Shown in pieces: positions 15,788-29,050 of a stretch of 64,000 bases of DNA. Source of the DNA: Chrysomallon squamiferum. Lineage: Eukaryota; Animalia; Mollusca. The stretch lies in assembly GCA_012295275.1 (NCBI GenBank), contig CM022665.1, positions 23,312,001 to 23,376,000 of the forward strand, in the 5' to 3' direction. The notes under the pieces are model-generated. The model did no database searches and was not told the DNA's origin. It saw only the letters and a list, made by a program, of their open reading frames with translations. A program made the position numbers and the translations under genes. Within the stretch, counting starts at the first letter, position 1. Every line of letters starts with the position of its first letter.

Positions 15788-16012
15788 AGTACATACCCAT
15801 GCACACTAATTCATTCTCTGTCACTACACACATTTCAATAATAACAAAGAAGAAATTTTGTTATTATTTTTCTTTCAGAATTAGACAGAATCAGAATAGA
15901 GAAAATAAGCGTGTCAGCTAACGATGCAGCTGAAATTATTATTTTTGACAATGGGTATGTACTGATAAAAATAAAAAATAAATCAGTTTGTTGTATTCTT
16001 AATCTTTTCTAT

Positions 16013-16109
<97 letters not shown>

Positions 16110-17001
16110 GAATGTGTTTATGTGTGTATGTGTGGGAATCACTGTAAAGGCCATAACCTCCCACAAAAAGATAAATGTATTATATCTGATCATGGCCTAG
16201 AGCAGCAGCATTTAACCACATCAAAGAAACAAAGAAAACATCAAATGATTACTGTTTCAGATGTCCGCTGCCTAACAAACAAGCATTCATTGGAGATCCA
16301 GCTCCGGCTACAGACACAGCCGTAACATCTCGAGCGTTAGCAAAACTTGTAGTTGTTAAATTTACAGGACACGAGGATCTGACCTGGTCGTTCACCGTGA
16401 AAACGTGTTTAGCTGGTGATAGTTCTTGTGACGCTGCATCGGTGAGTTCAATGTGAATTTGAAAATATTACTTTCTAATAGACCACATATTGTTGTAAAT
16501 CACAATTTAACCTTTCTATTTTCTAACTAGTTTAGGCAACCTTTAATGTCAAGAACTAAGTAACTAATTAACAACAACGATGATAATGACAATGATTCAG
16601 ATTATATTAATAATGAGAAAAATAACTACTACAACACGGGTTACGTAAGAATAAGGAATGGAATGGAGAACTGTTATCACGTAATTTTGTTATGTCTAAA
16701 ATAATTATAATATATTTTTCTTATATAAATTTTGTATTAGTCGAGATGAAATATACTTCCATTATTTTAATTTCTGGAAAAAATATTAAAGACTGACCTT
16801 TTAATATCCTTTCCTACATATAGCATTAGTGAGTTGAGTACAATATACGACAATGATTATATGCAAATATGCATTATATATCTTTTTGTATACTGCAGTG
16901 TGCAAAAAGGCGAAGAAGGTCAGCTGGTGTTCTACCTGACAACTCCACTGAAGTGGTCAACTACAGGATCAACGTCGTCGAATCACATCAAAATCGTAAG
17001 T

Positions 17002-17086
<85 letters not shown>

Positions 17087-17356
17087 ATTTAGTCCAGTTA
17101 AATTACATTTTTTTTCCTCTTTCTTTTCCCAGTGATTGAACAACAAAGATCCTCTGGCGGTGAAACAGAATGCGTCGACGTCAACAAAATGACGGCGGCA
17201 GTGGTTGCGATGGCGGTGGTGTGTTTCATCCTCCTCGTGATCTGCCTCGTTTTCATTGTTCGAGTTGTGTCATCACGACGTAACGTGGAGGGCAGCAAAC
17301 AGAATCTGTACGAAACAGGGTCCTACGACATCCCACGCATGGTCGCCAAACAATAA
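12179..17356 (+). CDS. EGF-EGF-ZP transmembrane protein, copy 2 (complete, ~445 aa; molluscan EGF-like domain-containing / EGF-ZP shell-matrix-type family). Exons 12179-12224, 12907-13029, 13511-13648, 14031-14218, 14829-14974, 15426-15544, 15879-15954, 16261-16441, 16899-16995, 17133-17356
   Basis: All introns are GT-AG with matching phases; total 1338 nt open to TAA. Domain order: signal peptide, two EGF repeats (..DCGLDS..CYCPPEYMGNTC), ZP-N (VVCHGEYMDVTV..VKFTCTF), ZP-C (IFDNGCP..FTVKTCLAGDSSC), furin site CAKRRRRS, TM helix AVVAMAVVCFILLVICLVFIV, short tail. AATAAA near 17352 and 17484. Confidence 0.9.
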
Positions 17357-17999
17357 AATATTCGACCTATCATTTCTATTTCATTATGAAATCCATGTAA
17401 TAGTGACTTGCTTATTTTTACTCTTTGACAGAGCTGTACCTGAATGAACAAAATGAAACTGATAGTTTTTCACTATCGAAAGAAATAAAATGACTTTGTA
17501 GAGATGCATTTAAGTGATACTGTACAGATCTGTCAAAGATACGCAATAATTAATGTCTTTTTTTTTTTTTTTTTTTTTTTGATAAATTCAATGTATTTGT
17601 ACTCATTTTGACACTATGTTATCTGCGGGAAGATAAAATGCTGGTAATTTTGAAAGGTGCTTTAAAACTAATAATTTTTAAGATATCTAATCAGAAACAC
17701 ACCCACAAGCATTTATTTTATTTGCACATTTTGAACTTTTTGCTATAATGAAAATGTATATTGTTAATTAACCACACACGCCGATCCAAAGAAAAGAAGT
17801 AAAAATCGTGATAATATTAAAAATAAAATAAAATAAAATAAAATATCTATGATAGTTGTTACTGATAGGTACATTTTCTGGGTTTTTTCAGTTAATCAAA
17901 TTATCGGAAAATGTATTGAATTACCAGGGTTTCAGCTTGTTCCATTCTTGCTGAACTGATGCAAATTTTAATGTTATTAAAGTCAGATTGGACTTACAT

Positions 18000-18450
18000 A
18001 TTTCCTAGAATTCGTCTAGTTCGTTACAGATTATGTTTGGCAGCATGAAAACATTTTAAAAAGGAAGATGTATTGAAAGAAGTGGGAATCCTTGTTCTTG
18101 TAGATGTCAATTAAAGTGTGTTTGTGGTGTTGGGTTAATCAGCAATATTCTTCTTTAGACAGTTGATATTTTCTTGCACAAACTGTTCTGGGAATGCTAA
18201 ATTTTTTCAGAGGCTTCCTTATAGTAAATACATTTTGGTCGTCCATTTCCAGTTGCTTTACTTGCTGGTCTTTTTATTTCCGCAACCTTTTTGTATTTCT
18301 GGCTGTTGGGCATCTTTCTTAATTCTGATGGACAATTCTATAAATGATGGTCAATAGAACATCCACATTTCATTCTTTGATATTCTTCTTTATGGTAATA
18401 ATCTTGGATGGTTACGTTTACTTATTTTACTTTGATGGGGTCAAAAGAAG
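18000..18450 (-). mobile_element. Possible decayed retroelement (Penelope-like) coding fragment
   Basis: Coding-like composition with broken frames (e.g. TLIDIYKNKDSHFFSIHLPF). Family assignment is from recall only. Confidence 0.25.
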
Positions 18451-18602
18451 CAGAAATTAATAGCACAGATCATGAGAATTTTTATATCAAACAAAGATTT
18501 AAATTTGGATTTTTTTCATAAGAAATAAAAGAAGAGAGCGAAGGAAACCACCACAGTAAATATATTTAAGAAACAAGCCTGAACTCTACAACATATATTT
18601 TT

Positions 18603-18638
<36 letters not shown>

Positions 18639-19426
18639 TTTTTTATCGTGTTAGTATAATGAAAGATAATTATGGTGTTTTTGTGAATGCTTTTCAATCG
18701 GATACATAAATATAGATTATTGTATCTAAACTAATATTTGTCAAAGATGTAATTCAGATATTTAGTAACCTTGCTATCTACAGGGAAGAGAATGTCCAGG
18801 TAATATTCATAAATAAATGTCAGAAATTAAATAAAAATTTTAAAAAAAGAAGAAGAAGAAAAACGATTGAAAAAAACATGGTTTGTTTCTTGTTAATTAG
18901 GGCTGTTTATTTTTGTTTTTGTGTGTTTATGTTTTTTGTGGAGGTTGAGAAGGCTTAATAAGATTAATGAAATAGTAACTAATAAACAATAATATTACAA
19001 AATAAACAATCGTGAGATTTTGGTTTCCATTTCTATTTTTAGTTTTTGAACCCGTAAATTATTTAATATTTTAATTTTGTTTCAATTCAAAATTAATAAA
19101 ATTATTGCACTTATTTGGTTGTTTGTTATTTGCAGTTTTAGTGAAAATTATGTATTTTTATTTTATTTTCACGGTCTGTGGATTGTTGAAAACGAAAGCC
19201 TTACTGCAGTGAGAAACGGCTTACAGACGTTTTAATACTTGCTGTAAGATAGTAATTGTTTACAAGAAAAAACATTATCGAATTGATTAGTACCCGTGTT
19301 TGAAGGGAATTCCCCAAAACGGGTGAAAAAGTCCTGTATAAAAGACAATAACTAAAATGTTTAAAAATTCAAATAAAAAAAAACATAATATTAAAAAAAA
19401 GAGGATAATATAGACAAATCTTGTTC

Positions 19427-19650
19427 AGTGGTGTATCTACATTTTGGGGGGACCCTGAAGCTTGAACAACGAGATCTGGATAATTACTCTTATGTTCTTC
19501 TATGGCAAGGTCCCATGACAGGTTTTAAAAATATAGACACATCTTAAATGTTGATTAAAATTTTGAAGAAATGTGGACTGAAGTCGCTTCTGGTAACAGC
19601 GGCCCTGAAGTTTCAGCTTCATTACTTTAATACTAAATTCACACCAGCTC
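19427..19650. mobile_element. Possible degenerate MITE
   Basis: Starts CAGTGGTGTATCTACATTTTGGGGGG, contains duplicated CCCTGAAG motifs, ends with a decayed inverted terminus (AAATTCACACCAG). Confidence 0.3.
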
Positions 19651-20393
19651 TTGTATATTTGGTATGATTGTAATTACAAGCTCTGTGAAAGCAAACACGG
19701 TCGTGGAAATAACCCTGTGTTTTATTGTACGGTGTCTAGGATAAACATCACTTTTAAATTTGTTTTATTCAATATTTATCAGCGTCTTTGTTTTATATCC
19801 CAACGATTAAGTATGTTTGACGATTCATCGAGAATACAAATTTGTTATTACTAATTTACTTTTTATTTTCACTAACGTTTTCATTTTTCTTGCATTAAAG
19901 TTTCAAATAATGATTAAAGTTTTAATTAATATTTAATGTTGTTTAAGTTAAACGTACACTTTGAGAAAACCGATATACAAACAAATTGTAGCTGATATCA
20001 TGACCTTAACCACTACTGCCCTGTTATTTACACATTTACTGACTGATTTGAAAAAATAATACTAAAAGGCTCAAATAAAATTTTCCTTGAAACAGTTTTC
20101 AACAAAATAAACAGTAAATAAATAAAATAAATGACAGCGTAAACTAAAAATGAGATTAACATTATTTTTACCGGTGACGAGATTAGATTGTGCTTTTTTT
20201 CTTTCCTTCTTTCTTTTCATGAGAAGGTATTAGACTACAAATAAATTAATAGATTGTGTTAGTGGCTTATATCAGGGTGGCTTATATCTAGGAAAGAACA
20301 GCAGGCATAATAATAACAACTTTAGATAACAAAATTACTAGAAGATAAAAGACCTAAGTTTTTTAATTTTTTGTTATTTTGATTTATTTATTA

Positions 20394-20436
<43 letters not shown>

Positions 20437-20605
20437 TTTTTTTTTTTTTTTGTACGGTGCTAACAAAATAGCTGACAGTCCGTTTTTACTGAAAATGACA
20501 AAAAAATGATAATACAAATAAATGTAAAACGCTCCGAATTAGATCTACTAATTTACCTAAAGTAAATTCAGTTTATTTTGTTTGTTTATTTATTTATTTA
20601 TTAAT

Positions 20606-20638
<33 letters not shown>

Positions 20639-20979
20639 AAATCGTCATTATTTATTTATTTATTTTATAAAAAAAAAAAAAAATTTATATATTATTATTA
20701 TTATTATTTTGTTTTTTTTTTCCGAAATGGCTTGTGAACATGTAATGTGTGCCTAATGTATAGAAAAATAACTGAACCTGAAAAGTGACCAAAAGAAAAT
20801 ATTGTTTTCACTAAAAGCAATGGATTTACAAAATTGCCCTCCTTTTACTTCCCACATTTTAACACAATTATACATTAAAATGTTAGTTAACATTTTTTAG
20901 CTATCAAATACAAAAGCTCAGTATTTACCCGATACATCTCTTTCACAGTGCTGTACCACATCACATGAATACATCTGTT

Positions 20980-21397
20980 TAAAGTCATTTTATTTCTTTC
21001 GATAGTGAAAAACTGTCAGTCTCATTTTGTTCATTCAGGTACAGCTCTGTCAAAGAGTAAAAATAAGCAAGTTACTATTACATGGATTTCATAATGAAAT
21101 AGAAATGATAGGTCGAATATTTTATTGTTTGGCGACCATGCGTGGGATGTCGTAGGACCCTGTTTCGTACAGATTCTGTTTGCTGCCCTCCACGTTACGT
21201 CGTGATGACACAACTCGAACAATGAAAACGAGGCAGATCACGAGGAGGATGAAACACGCCACCGCCATCGCAGCTACTGCCGCCGTCATTTTGTTGACGT
21301 AAACGCTCTTGGTCTCACCGCCAGAGGATCTTTGTTGTTCAATCACTTGGAAAAGAAATAGGAAAAAAAATGTAATTTAACTGGACTAAAACTCACA

Positions 21398-21430
<33 letters not shown>

Positions 21431-23210
21431 AAAGATTACTTACGATTTTGATGTGATTCGACCACGTTGATCATGTAGTTGATCACGTCAGCTGATCATC
21501 TTCGCCTTTTTCTACAGTGCCGTATATAATAATAAGGGATAATATATCTTCTTTTTTTTTTTTTTTGCACTTTTTTTCCCCCACAAACTAAAATAATCGA
21601 AATGGGTCATTCCGTGTCAAATCACCCCCCAAAAAAAGAAATTTAAACCCGACCGTCTCAGATTTTTATAATGTCTTACTCGATGATCAAGAGAGATGGT
21701 GATCCCTAGCATCCAGAATTGATCATTCAGGTTTTAGTTAATCAGATGTTAATGGCTGAAAAGGTGTTATTTTCATGTATGTGCATTTTTTAAATCTATA
21801 TTGTGGCTAAACAAAAAATATTACACCCAGGAAACTTTTATATGTTTTAGTTAACATGTGGGAGATTAAATTTCAATAAAGGTCATCCTAAGATCACGTG
21901 ATCCACACGGTCAATTTCAAGGTCATAGCAAAGGTCAAAAGGTCAAGGTACTCCAGTATTTTCCAAACTAAAGAAAAATGGCAGTTTTGGAATCCTTGTC
22001 ATTTTGCCTTTCTAACAATACCAATTTTATGAAGATTGGCCCAGTAGTTCCTGAGATTTAAGGGTTCTAAGGTTGGTGGTCACACCCATTTTTGGCAAAA
22101 ATCTCAAAATTCGGTGGGCCGTATCTCCCACACCACTGGTCTGATTGAGCTAAAATTTCAGATTTGGTGCTGTGGGATCCCAGTCAACAAGTATACCAAC
22201 AAGTATACCATAAAAATCTGAGATGGTCGGGTTTAAATCATTGGGTGATTTGACACGGAATGACCCAAATACATTTAATCTCGACTAATAAAAAGTTTAT
22301 GTAAGAAAAATATATTATAGTTATTCTAAACAAAATTAAGACTATATTATCGTATTTGAATGTAATAGATTTGTCAATTCCTTTCCCATTCATTACATAA
22401 CCCTTTGTTGTTGTTATTGTTGTTAATATAGTTCTTGACATTAAAACCTGCCTAAACTGGTTAGAAAATACAAAGGTTAAATTGTGATTTACGACAGTAT
22501 GTGGTCAATTACAAAGTTATATTTTCAAATTCACATTGAACTAACCGATGCAGCGTCGAACGATTTATCGCCAGTTATGCAGTTTGACGGTGAACGAGGG
22601 GGTGCTGCTTATTTAGGCCAGATACACATTTCTTTTTGTGTGGCTTTACACACACACATTCATATATCTCACAGAGTGAGAGTTGGAATTACAGGAAAGA
22701 TTAACAATACGAAACTGATCAATTCCCTTTATTTTTATCTGTTTTAATCATTTCATTATTATCTTTTTTTCTGTACCCACCCCTGTCAAAAATAGTAATG
22801 TTGGTTGAACCCATTCTGAAAGTAGAATAATATTAAAGTGTCATGTTTATAATGTCGTTATTGAAAGGTGTATAGAGCGTGAATTAGTGTACATGCGTAT
22901 GTATTGTAGAGAGACGAACAGAGAAAGAGAAATTTACTTTAGAACTATCCAATTTCTAATCAGTCTCTCATTGGCTCAATAAGTAAAGGTGTACATTGAA
23001 GTCAAACAACCATTAATATAATTTATATATAAATAATAATTATTGTACTATATCAAAATAGGTTGCCTGTCTGTCCTTTGACGTTGCTGTGTTCTCTCCT
23101 TTTATTGGTTCACTTCTTAATTTATTCACTTTCTGAAACATCTGACTGATTATGACAAATAATATGAACATTATTTTTATCTCATATATGAATAAACAAA
23201 ACCGAATGAC
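20980..23210 (-). pseudogene. Inverted, internally deleted EGF-ZP pseudogene (copy 3)
   Basis: Last exon (21122-21345) and 3'UTR are near-identical to copy 2. The penultimate exon has lost its acceptor (cag>cac), has TGA in the furin site (21496-21498) and has a 24-nt deletion. Remnants of intron 8, exon 8 and exon 7 lie at ~22300-22830. 22955-23210 is the reverse complement of the far-upstream region ~9600-9897. No trace of exons 1-6 was found. Confidence 0.85.
21604..22266. mobile_element. Non-autonomous Sola2-like element (MITE derivative of 55940-58794)
   Basis: GGGTCATTCCGTGTCAAATCACCC...GGGTGATTTGACACGGAATGACCC termini with 4-bp TSD AAAT on both sides. The body is ~70 bp of one terminus fused to a full ~600-bp TIR of the large element. 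Confidence 0.88.
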
Positions 23211-24491
23211 CCCCAAAAATTCAAATTTGTTGTTGGTCATGAAGATTTACTAAAGAATTTTCCAAATTTATCCTAGTTTGTTGTAGCTGTCACATAAATA
23301 AAAGATCGCAGATAGACATACTACACAAATGAACAAGTTAGATAATGACCAAGTCATATAGCAGCAATCATTTAGAGAACCATTCCCACAGGCCTAAATT
23401 TCTAGGAAAATTTGCTAAATCTCACAGTGTCTGCAAATCCTGATGATTCCATAAATATATTTTTAGCACCGATTACTTGTAAATTCTATTACAAATGAAT
23501 ATATACATAAAATATATATCCCGTTTAAAAATATACTAGTGCAATTACCTGTTACGCCAATATAACTGGAAAGCCAACAAAAAATAAAGTCCTTATTGGC
23601 AGTATTTAAATACACTTTTGTATCTCCATCCCCGTTACAGGGTGCTGCATTTTCATACTGTAAAGCTTTGAGACACAAGCCAAGGAATTACTGTCCTATT
23701 ATCCATCTGCGCAGACAGAAGTGTAATCGCGGTACATGTCTCGAATTTCCATAAAAAGCTGCCATTCTACAGATGCATCTGTACAATTTGTTTTTCAAAT
23801 CCAGCACAACCTTCAGTGGTTTGATACGCCAACGTGATAGAATACAATATGAAGATTTTTCCAAAATGTCAGAGAAATCAGTGTTAGGAACAGATAAAAA
23901 CTACCTGATACAAAGCCAAAAGTGCATATGGCTTTTCACCTTGCATGAAATAACTTCTCATATTTGTTATCAAACACCGTGCTATATGTTACTCTGAGAT
24001 AAACCCTTCTCTTGTGGTTGAGAATCGGAAAAAGTAGAACACTCCCGGGCTTTTAACAATTATCTACAAACAGGAAAATGACCTGTTAGACCGAAGCCAT
24101 GGAGATTCTTCATAATCCCATATTTTATGTAGTGCCATAAGCTTTCTCGAACTTTAAAACTAAATAAAAATAGGTGTTTTGATTGCAGATGCAACCTTTC
24201 CTACAAAATGTTTAAAATCTAACAAGATGATCAATCCTGCTACATCGGGACCCCCACCCACAATACACATTTGACAGTAATTTGTACGATTGATCATCCA
24301 TGGTTTGCAGGTACAGTTTGTCAAGACAACAGGGCAGTAATCAGTAGATTTTGTTGGATCCTTACCAGGCTTTCAGTAGAAATGACAAATGTTTTCTCCA
24401 ATCATAAGGAAAGTCACCAGAAATCCAGATTTTACTGAAAATGCTTAGAAGAAGCAAGATAGAGTATTTCCAGATAAAATACTATGTAGAG

Positions 24492-26275
24492 CAGTGATTC
24501 CCAACGTGGGGCAATTCAATAATAATAGGGGGGCAATATGAAAAATATAGTAATAACAACATTTTTTAAAATTTTACCCTATATGGGTAAAATAATTAAA
24601 TTTATAGGGTAAACTTTTCTGAAAGTAGTTCTTGAAAAAGATGACCAAGATCTCAAAAGCATGCTGCTCAGTAATAATACTGTTAGTAGCAGGATTGATG
24701 AAATGAGTTGTGATGTAAAAGTACAACTTGTTGAAAAATTAAAGTATACAAATTTTTCAATACAGTTGGTCGAATCAACTGTAAGAGATAGTGAAGCTCT
24801 GTTAATGGCCTATGTAAGATATGTTGATAATGGAGAATTTATTGAGGATATGCTATTTTACGAAGCATTAGAAACCACCACTATTGCAATTGATGTATAT
24901 AAGAAATTAAAAACATATTTAGATGATAAGCAGATACCAATGGAGAACATTATATCATGTGCTGCAGACGGTGCTCCAGTGATGATGGACAAGAAAAATG
25001 GTGTGTTAAAATTACTGAAAGACGACAATCCCCAAATGTTGTTAGTGCATAGTGTTATTCATAGACAGAATTTAGTTTCCAAAAAAGTTTCCCCTGTTCT
25101 AAACGAGACATTGAATGCAGTTATAAAATGCATCAACACTATAAAAGCTAATGCCAAATGTAAGCGTCTTTTCAAACAATTTTGCAAGGATCAAAATGCA
25201 GACTATGTAAGATTATTACTTCATACTGATGTAAGGTGGTTATCAAAGGGGAATTGCCTGAAAAGATTAATAGAATTATTTGATATTCTTAGTGAGTTCT
25301 TGGATGACAAACCTTATATGACTCTGTTACTGACAGTTTATGGGAAAACACTTGTCAGTTATTTAGCAGATATATTTGAAAACCTCAATGTCTTAAATAA
25401 GGAGCTCCAAGGAACAAATATGACTCTTGTTAATTCAAAGGCCAAGATATTTGGCTTTATATCATTTCTGGAATTATCCCAAGAAAATATTTCTGTCAAA
25501 AAATTTGAACAATTTTATTGGCTGAATAAATGTGAGGTAACAGATGCTACTTGCTTGTTATTGTGGAGCACTTAAAAATAATGGTAAGCGATTTCAACTT
25601 CAGATTTTCTGATTTGAAAGAAATTAATTATCCATCTTGGATGACTCAGCCATTGCTAGTGGGTCTGTCAGATGTAACCATGGAGTATCAAGGAGAACTT
25701 TCAGAATTACAAAATGATGACTCGATTAAAGCCATGTTCAAAATAAAAGGAACAATGATGTGGCTCTGTGAAGAAACACAAGCTAAATATCCAAATACAA
25801 GTTGTTTGGTAAGAAAACTACTGTTACCATTCCCATCGTCATACTTAGTGGAATGTGGATTTAGTGCTGTGAATGACTTATTACTGAAGAAAAGAAACCG
25901 ACTGGATATCACTAAATGAGGCGACTTGAGATTGAAATTAACAAAATTTCTGCCTCGGATAAAATCTCTTTGCAGTAGACATCAGGCTCAAGGGTCTCAT
26001 TAATTGATTGTAATCGGATTTATTTAATCTAATGGTAGATATGTTATACACATTATAAAATGGATTTTATTTGATTAAATTTGAAGTTAAACCCTTTAGT
26101 TTTATTTGAAAGATACAATTTTTTATGTCATACTTCTTCAAAACTGATATTGTTACATCATATTAAACAGTTAACTGATATTGTTATATCATACTAAACA
26201 ATTAATGGGTAGGGGACATGAAGAAATTTGTGATAAAAAAGTTGGGCATGGTACTGAAATGGTTGGGAACCACTG
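24492..26275 (+). mobile_element. hAT (Buster/Charlie-type) DNA transposon, internally deleted
   Basis: TIRs CAGTGATTCCCAAC / GTTGGGAACCACTG. Perfect 8-bp TSD ATGTAGAG (24484-24491, 26276-26283) with the central TA typical of Buster elements. Confidence 0.95.
24661..26003 (+). pseudogene. hAT transposase pseudogene (ZBED5/ZBED8/Buster-like), N-terminally deleted and frameshifted
   Basis: LSNNTVSSRI, FSIQLVEST (expected LDEST), ADGAPVM, LLHTDVRWLSKG, PFPSSYLVECGFSAV (dimerisation domain). Frameshift at ~25551-25575 and a premature stop at 25917. Confidence 0.9.
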
Positions 26276-29050
26276 ATGTAGAGCATCCTGCAGTTCTTTT
26301 GTATAGAAGGCCTGTTGTATACTTGAACATTTTCAAATGAAACATTTGACTTCTGCTTTCGTACTTTATTAGGGATAAACATAAAAGGATCAATTCTGAA
26401 AACAGGAAAAATTATGATAAAAAGTATCTGTCAGTGTGTTTGCAATGACATAATGAGACGACAGTGACAAACCCATCCAGCTGTATGAAAATGTTGATAT
26501 CATTCTGTCTATTTGCTCATGCATAATGCATATCTTAATATATTAATATTATTTATTTTATTTTTTTACTGATGTTTTGTTTTTATTACAGAACTGGTAG
26601 TTAATGCAAAATGTTTAGTTTATTATAGAATGTGTTTAATACTTTTATTAAGAATTGCTAACATTATTGTCAATACTTTAATAATACATTAGAGGCCATT
26701 AGTTAACATTAATTTTGGTAATGCCAGCAAAAACAAAAAATATATACATAATAATAATAAAAATTTCCTTCTTTTTTTTTTTTAAATTAAATGATACTCA
26801 GTTTGCTTCTTTTATATATTATTATTATTATTATTATTATTCAAACCACTTGGCCATAAATTTAAAGCAGTAAAAATGAGCATTTTGTATTTTAGGAGTC
26901 ATCTGCTTAAGATTTATGAGTCACCAGGCAGACCATGCGTTTTGATACAATTTTCCCGTGCTTTTCAGAGGGAAGACCCGTTGATGTCGTCTTGCTGCTT
27001 TATCCTGTATTTTGACATTTTTTTTATACGTTTAGCATGAATTAAGCTTAAGCATGTGCTCATTATAATCATTTTCAGTGAACAAGTAATGTTTTTTTAA
27101 AAATTTCATGGATGCTCAGTATTAGTTGAATAGATATAAATATTTTTTGTAATAAATATGATATTAAAATTTGCATACGCAGTTCCGCATCGATGCTTGA
27201 ACTAATGAACACTAATTTTCTGTTTTGACATCTTTTCATTTCAGTAAAAAGTAACAACAGCTTTTTGAATTTTTTCACGGATGGTTAATATTAGTTGAAT
27301 ATATTAATTTTTTTTTTTTTTTTTTTTTCCTATTTTGACATCTTTTCATTTAATTCTTTGTATAGCCACATGTTCATTCTTGTGTGTAGGCGTCAGCATA
27401 AAATAAAAAGACTCGTAGTGAAATAAAAAATAAAAAAACCAAACCCCCACCTCATTTCGGTTGTTCGTATGAAAACCCAGGCCACAAATACATAACTAGA
27501 AGTTTTCTGTTCAAGCAAATACAGACATACTTCAGTTTGGTTAGTAGCTTAATAAGAGATCAGGGTCATTAATTGAGACTATATATTTAAAATCAACAGC
27601 AATGCATTCAGGCATAAAAAATGTACAAATATGCAATAAAATCTTGAAACTGACACATCATATCAAAATACAGCTTTCCAGTGTCAATTTACTTTTGACT
27701 GGGATAAAAATAATGGAGGGATGAAACTGGTGTCATTACCATCACTTTGTTTTGTTCTCATTTTAAAAGAAATGAATAAATAGTTCACTTGTACGGACTC
27801 AAAATAACACTAGTTCCACAGATGCCACAATTAATGAATAAAGCTTGTTGAATTATATGTTCCCAAAGTGACAAATATCAATGATTTTTATATTATATTG
27901 TATTATATCTTAGGGTAAGAATCACGGTTATAATGACTACTCCATTAAATTACATTGATTGTTATTTATGTGCACATCCATTTAATTATATATGTAGGTA
28001 TATATATATGTAAGTATATCAATACATGTATACAGAATCATGGCCATAAGAAATTTTACTACTGTAAAATTGATATATAAAACAAACCCCCAAAACAAAC
28101 AACCTAGAAAACAAGTGGAAATTTAATCGGTGTAAAACATAGCCCAAAGGCAAATGCAGAGTGAAAAGCACATACCTTGTGAACAACTGCAAATGCATGT
28201 GCAACTAGAATATAAAAATGGGGGACAGGAGGTTTTATTGTAATTATTACTTGTCATTGGAATGAAAAAGATCAAATCTGCACAAAAAAGTTAATAACAT
28301 CAAAGTTTGTTTCTTTCAATCTGCAGTATTTGATAAGGTCACATAACAAAAGAATGTTTGAAAATAACACTCTATTCATCAATACATGCCAAACATTTTT
28401 TTTTTAAATATTGAAAATGTAAATATTTTACTTGTTTGATGAAAATAAAATTGAGAATATATTTAAAAAGTAAAACATTTATAATATGCATGTACAAATT
28501 TAAAGAGGACAGTTGTTTTCAGAATACTAAATATGTATACCAATGACTAACACTAGTATTTCAACACAGTCAATTTTCTAAATGCCTATTAAAACATAAC
28601 AATACAAATTAATAAAAAAAAAATTAAAAAATTAAAATAATACTACTACTAATAATAAATGATTAAACAATAATAAACAAATATGAAATGTACCTTTGGT
28701 GATAAAATGAAATATATTTTGTTTACTTCAAAATCTTTCAGCATTATCCTGAACTATATGAACATTTGCATTTTGCTTCTTTTTTTTCTTTTCTTTTTTT
28801 TTAAATTATGAGTTATTATTTAAAACTTCAAAATTATCTAAATAAATAAAAAAAATATATATATATCTGTGAATGTTTATTAACCCAATGTGGATCTATG
28901 ATTTCACTGTAAAAGAGATCTTTTAAGAAAATTGAATAAAATAAATAAATAAATAAAATAAAATAAATAAATTAAAAAATATAAATTTATAAAATAAATA
29001 ATCCCAAGTAACACTGATTCATTCTATTACTACTGAAGAATAATTTTGTT

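Larger units (their letters stand above)
23480..26500 (-). mobile_element. Degenerate I-clade (RNase H-bearing) non-LTR retrotransposon fragment, interrupted by the hAT element
   Basis: Minus-strand remnants in canonical order: IANTLTDTF (~26430), DPTKSTDYCPVVLTNCTCK (~24330), EKAYGTT*KYGIMKNLHGFGLTG (~24110, RT), CLKAL..FCWLSSYIGVTGN (~23560, RNase H). Confidence 0.75.
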
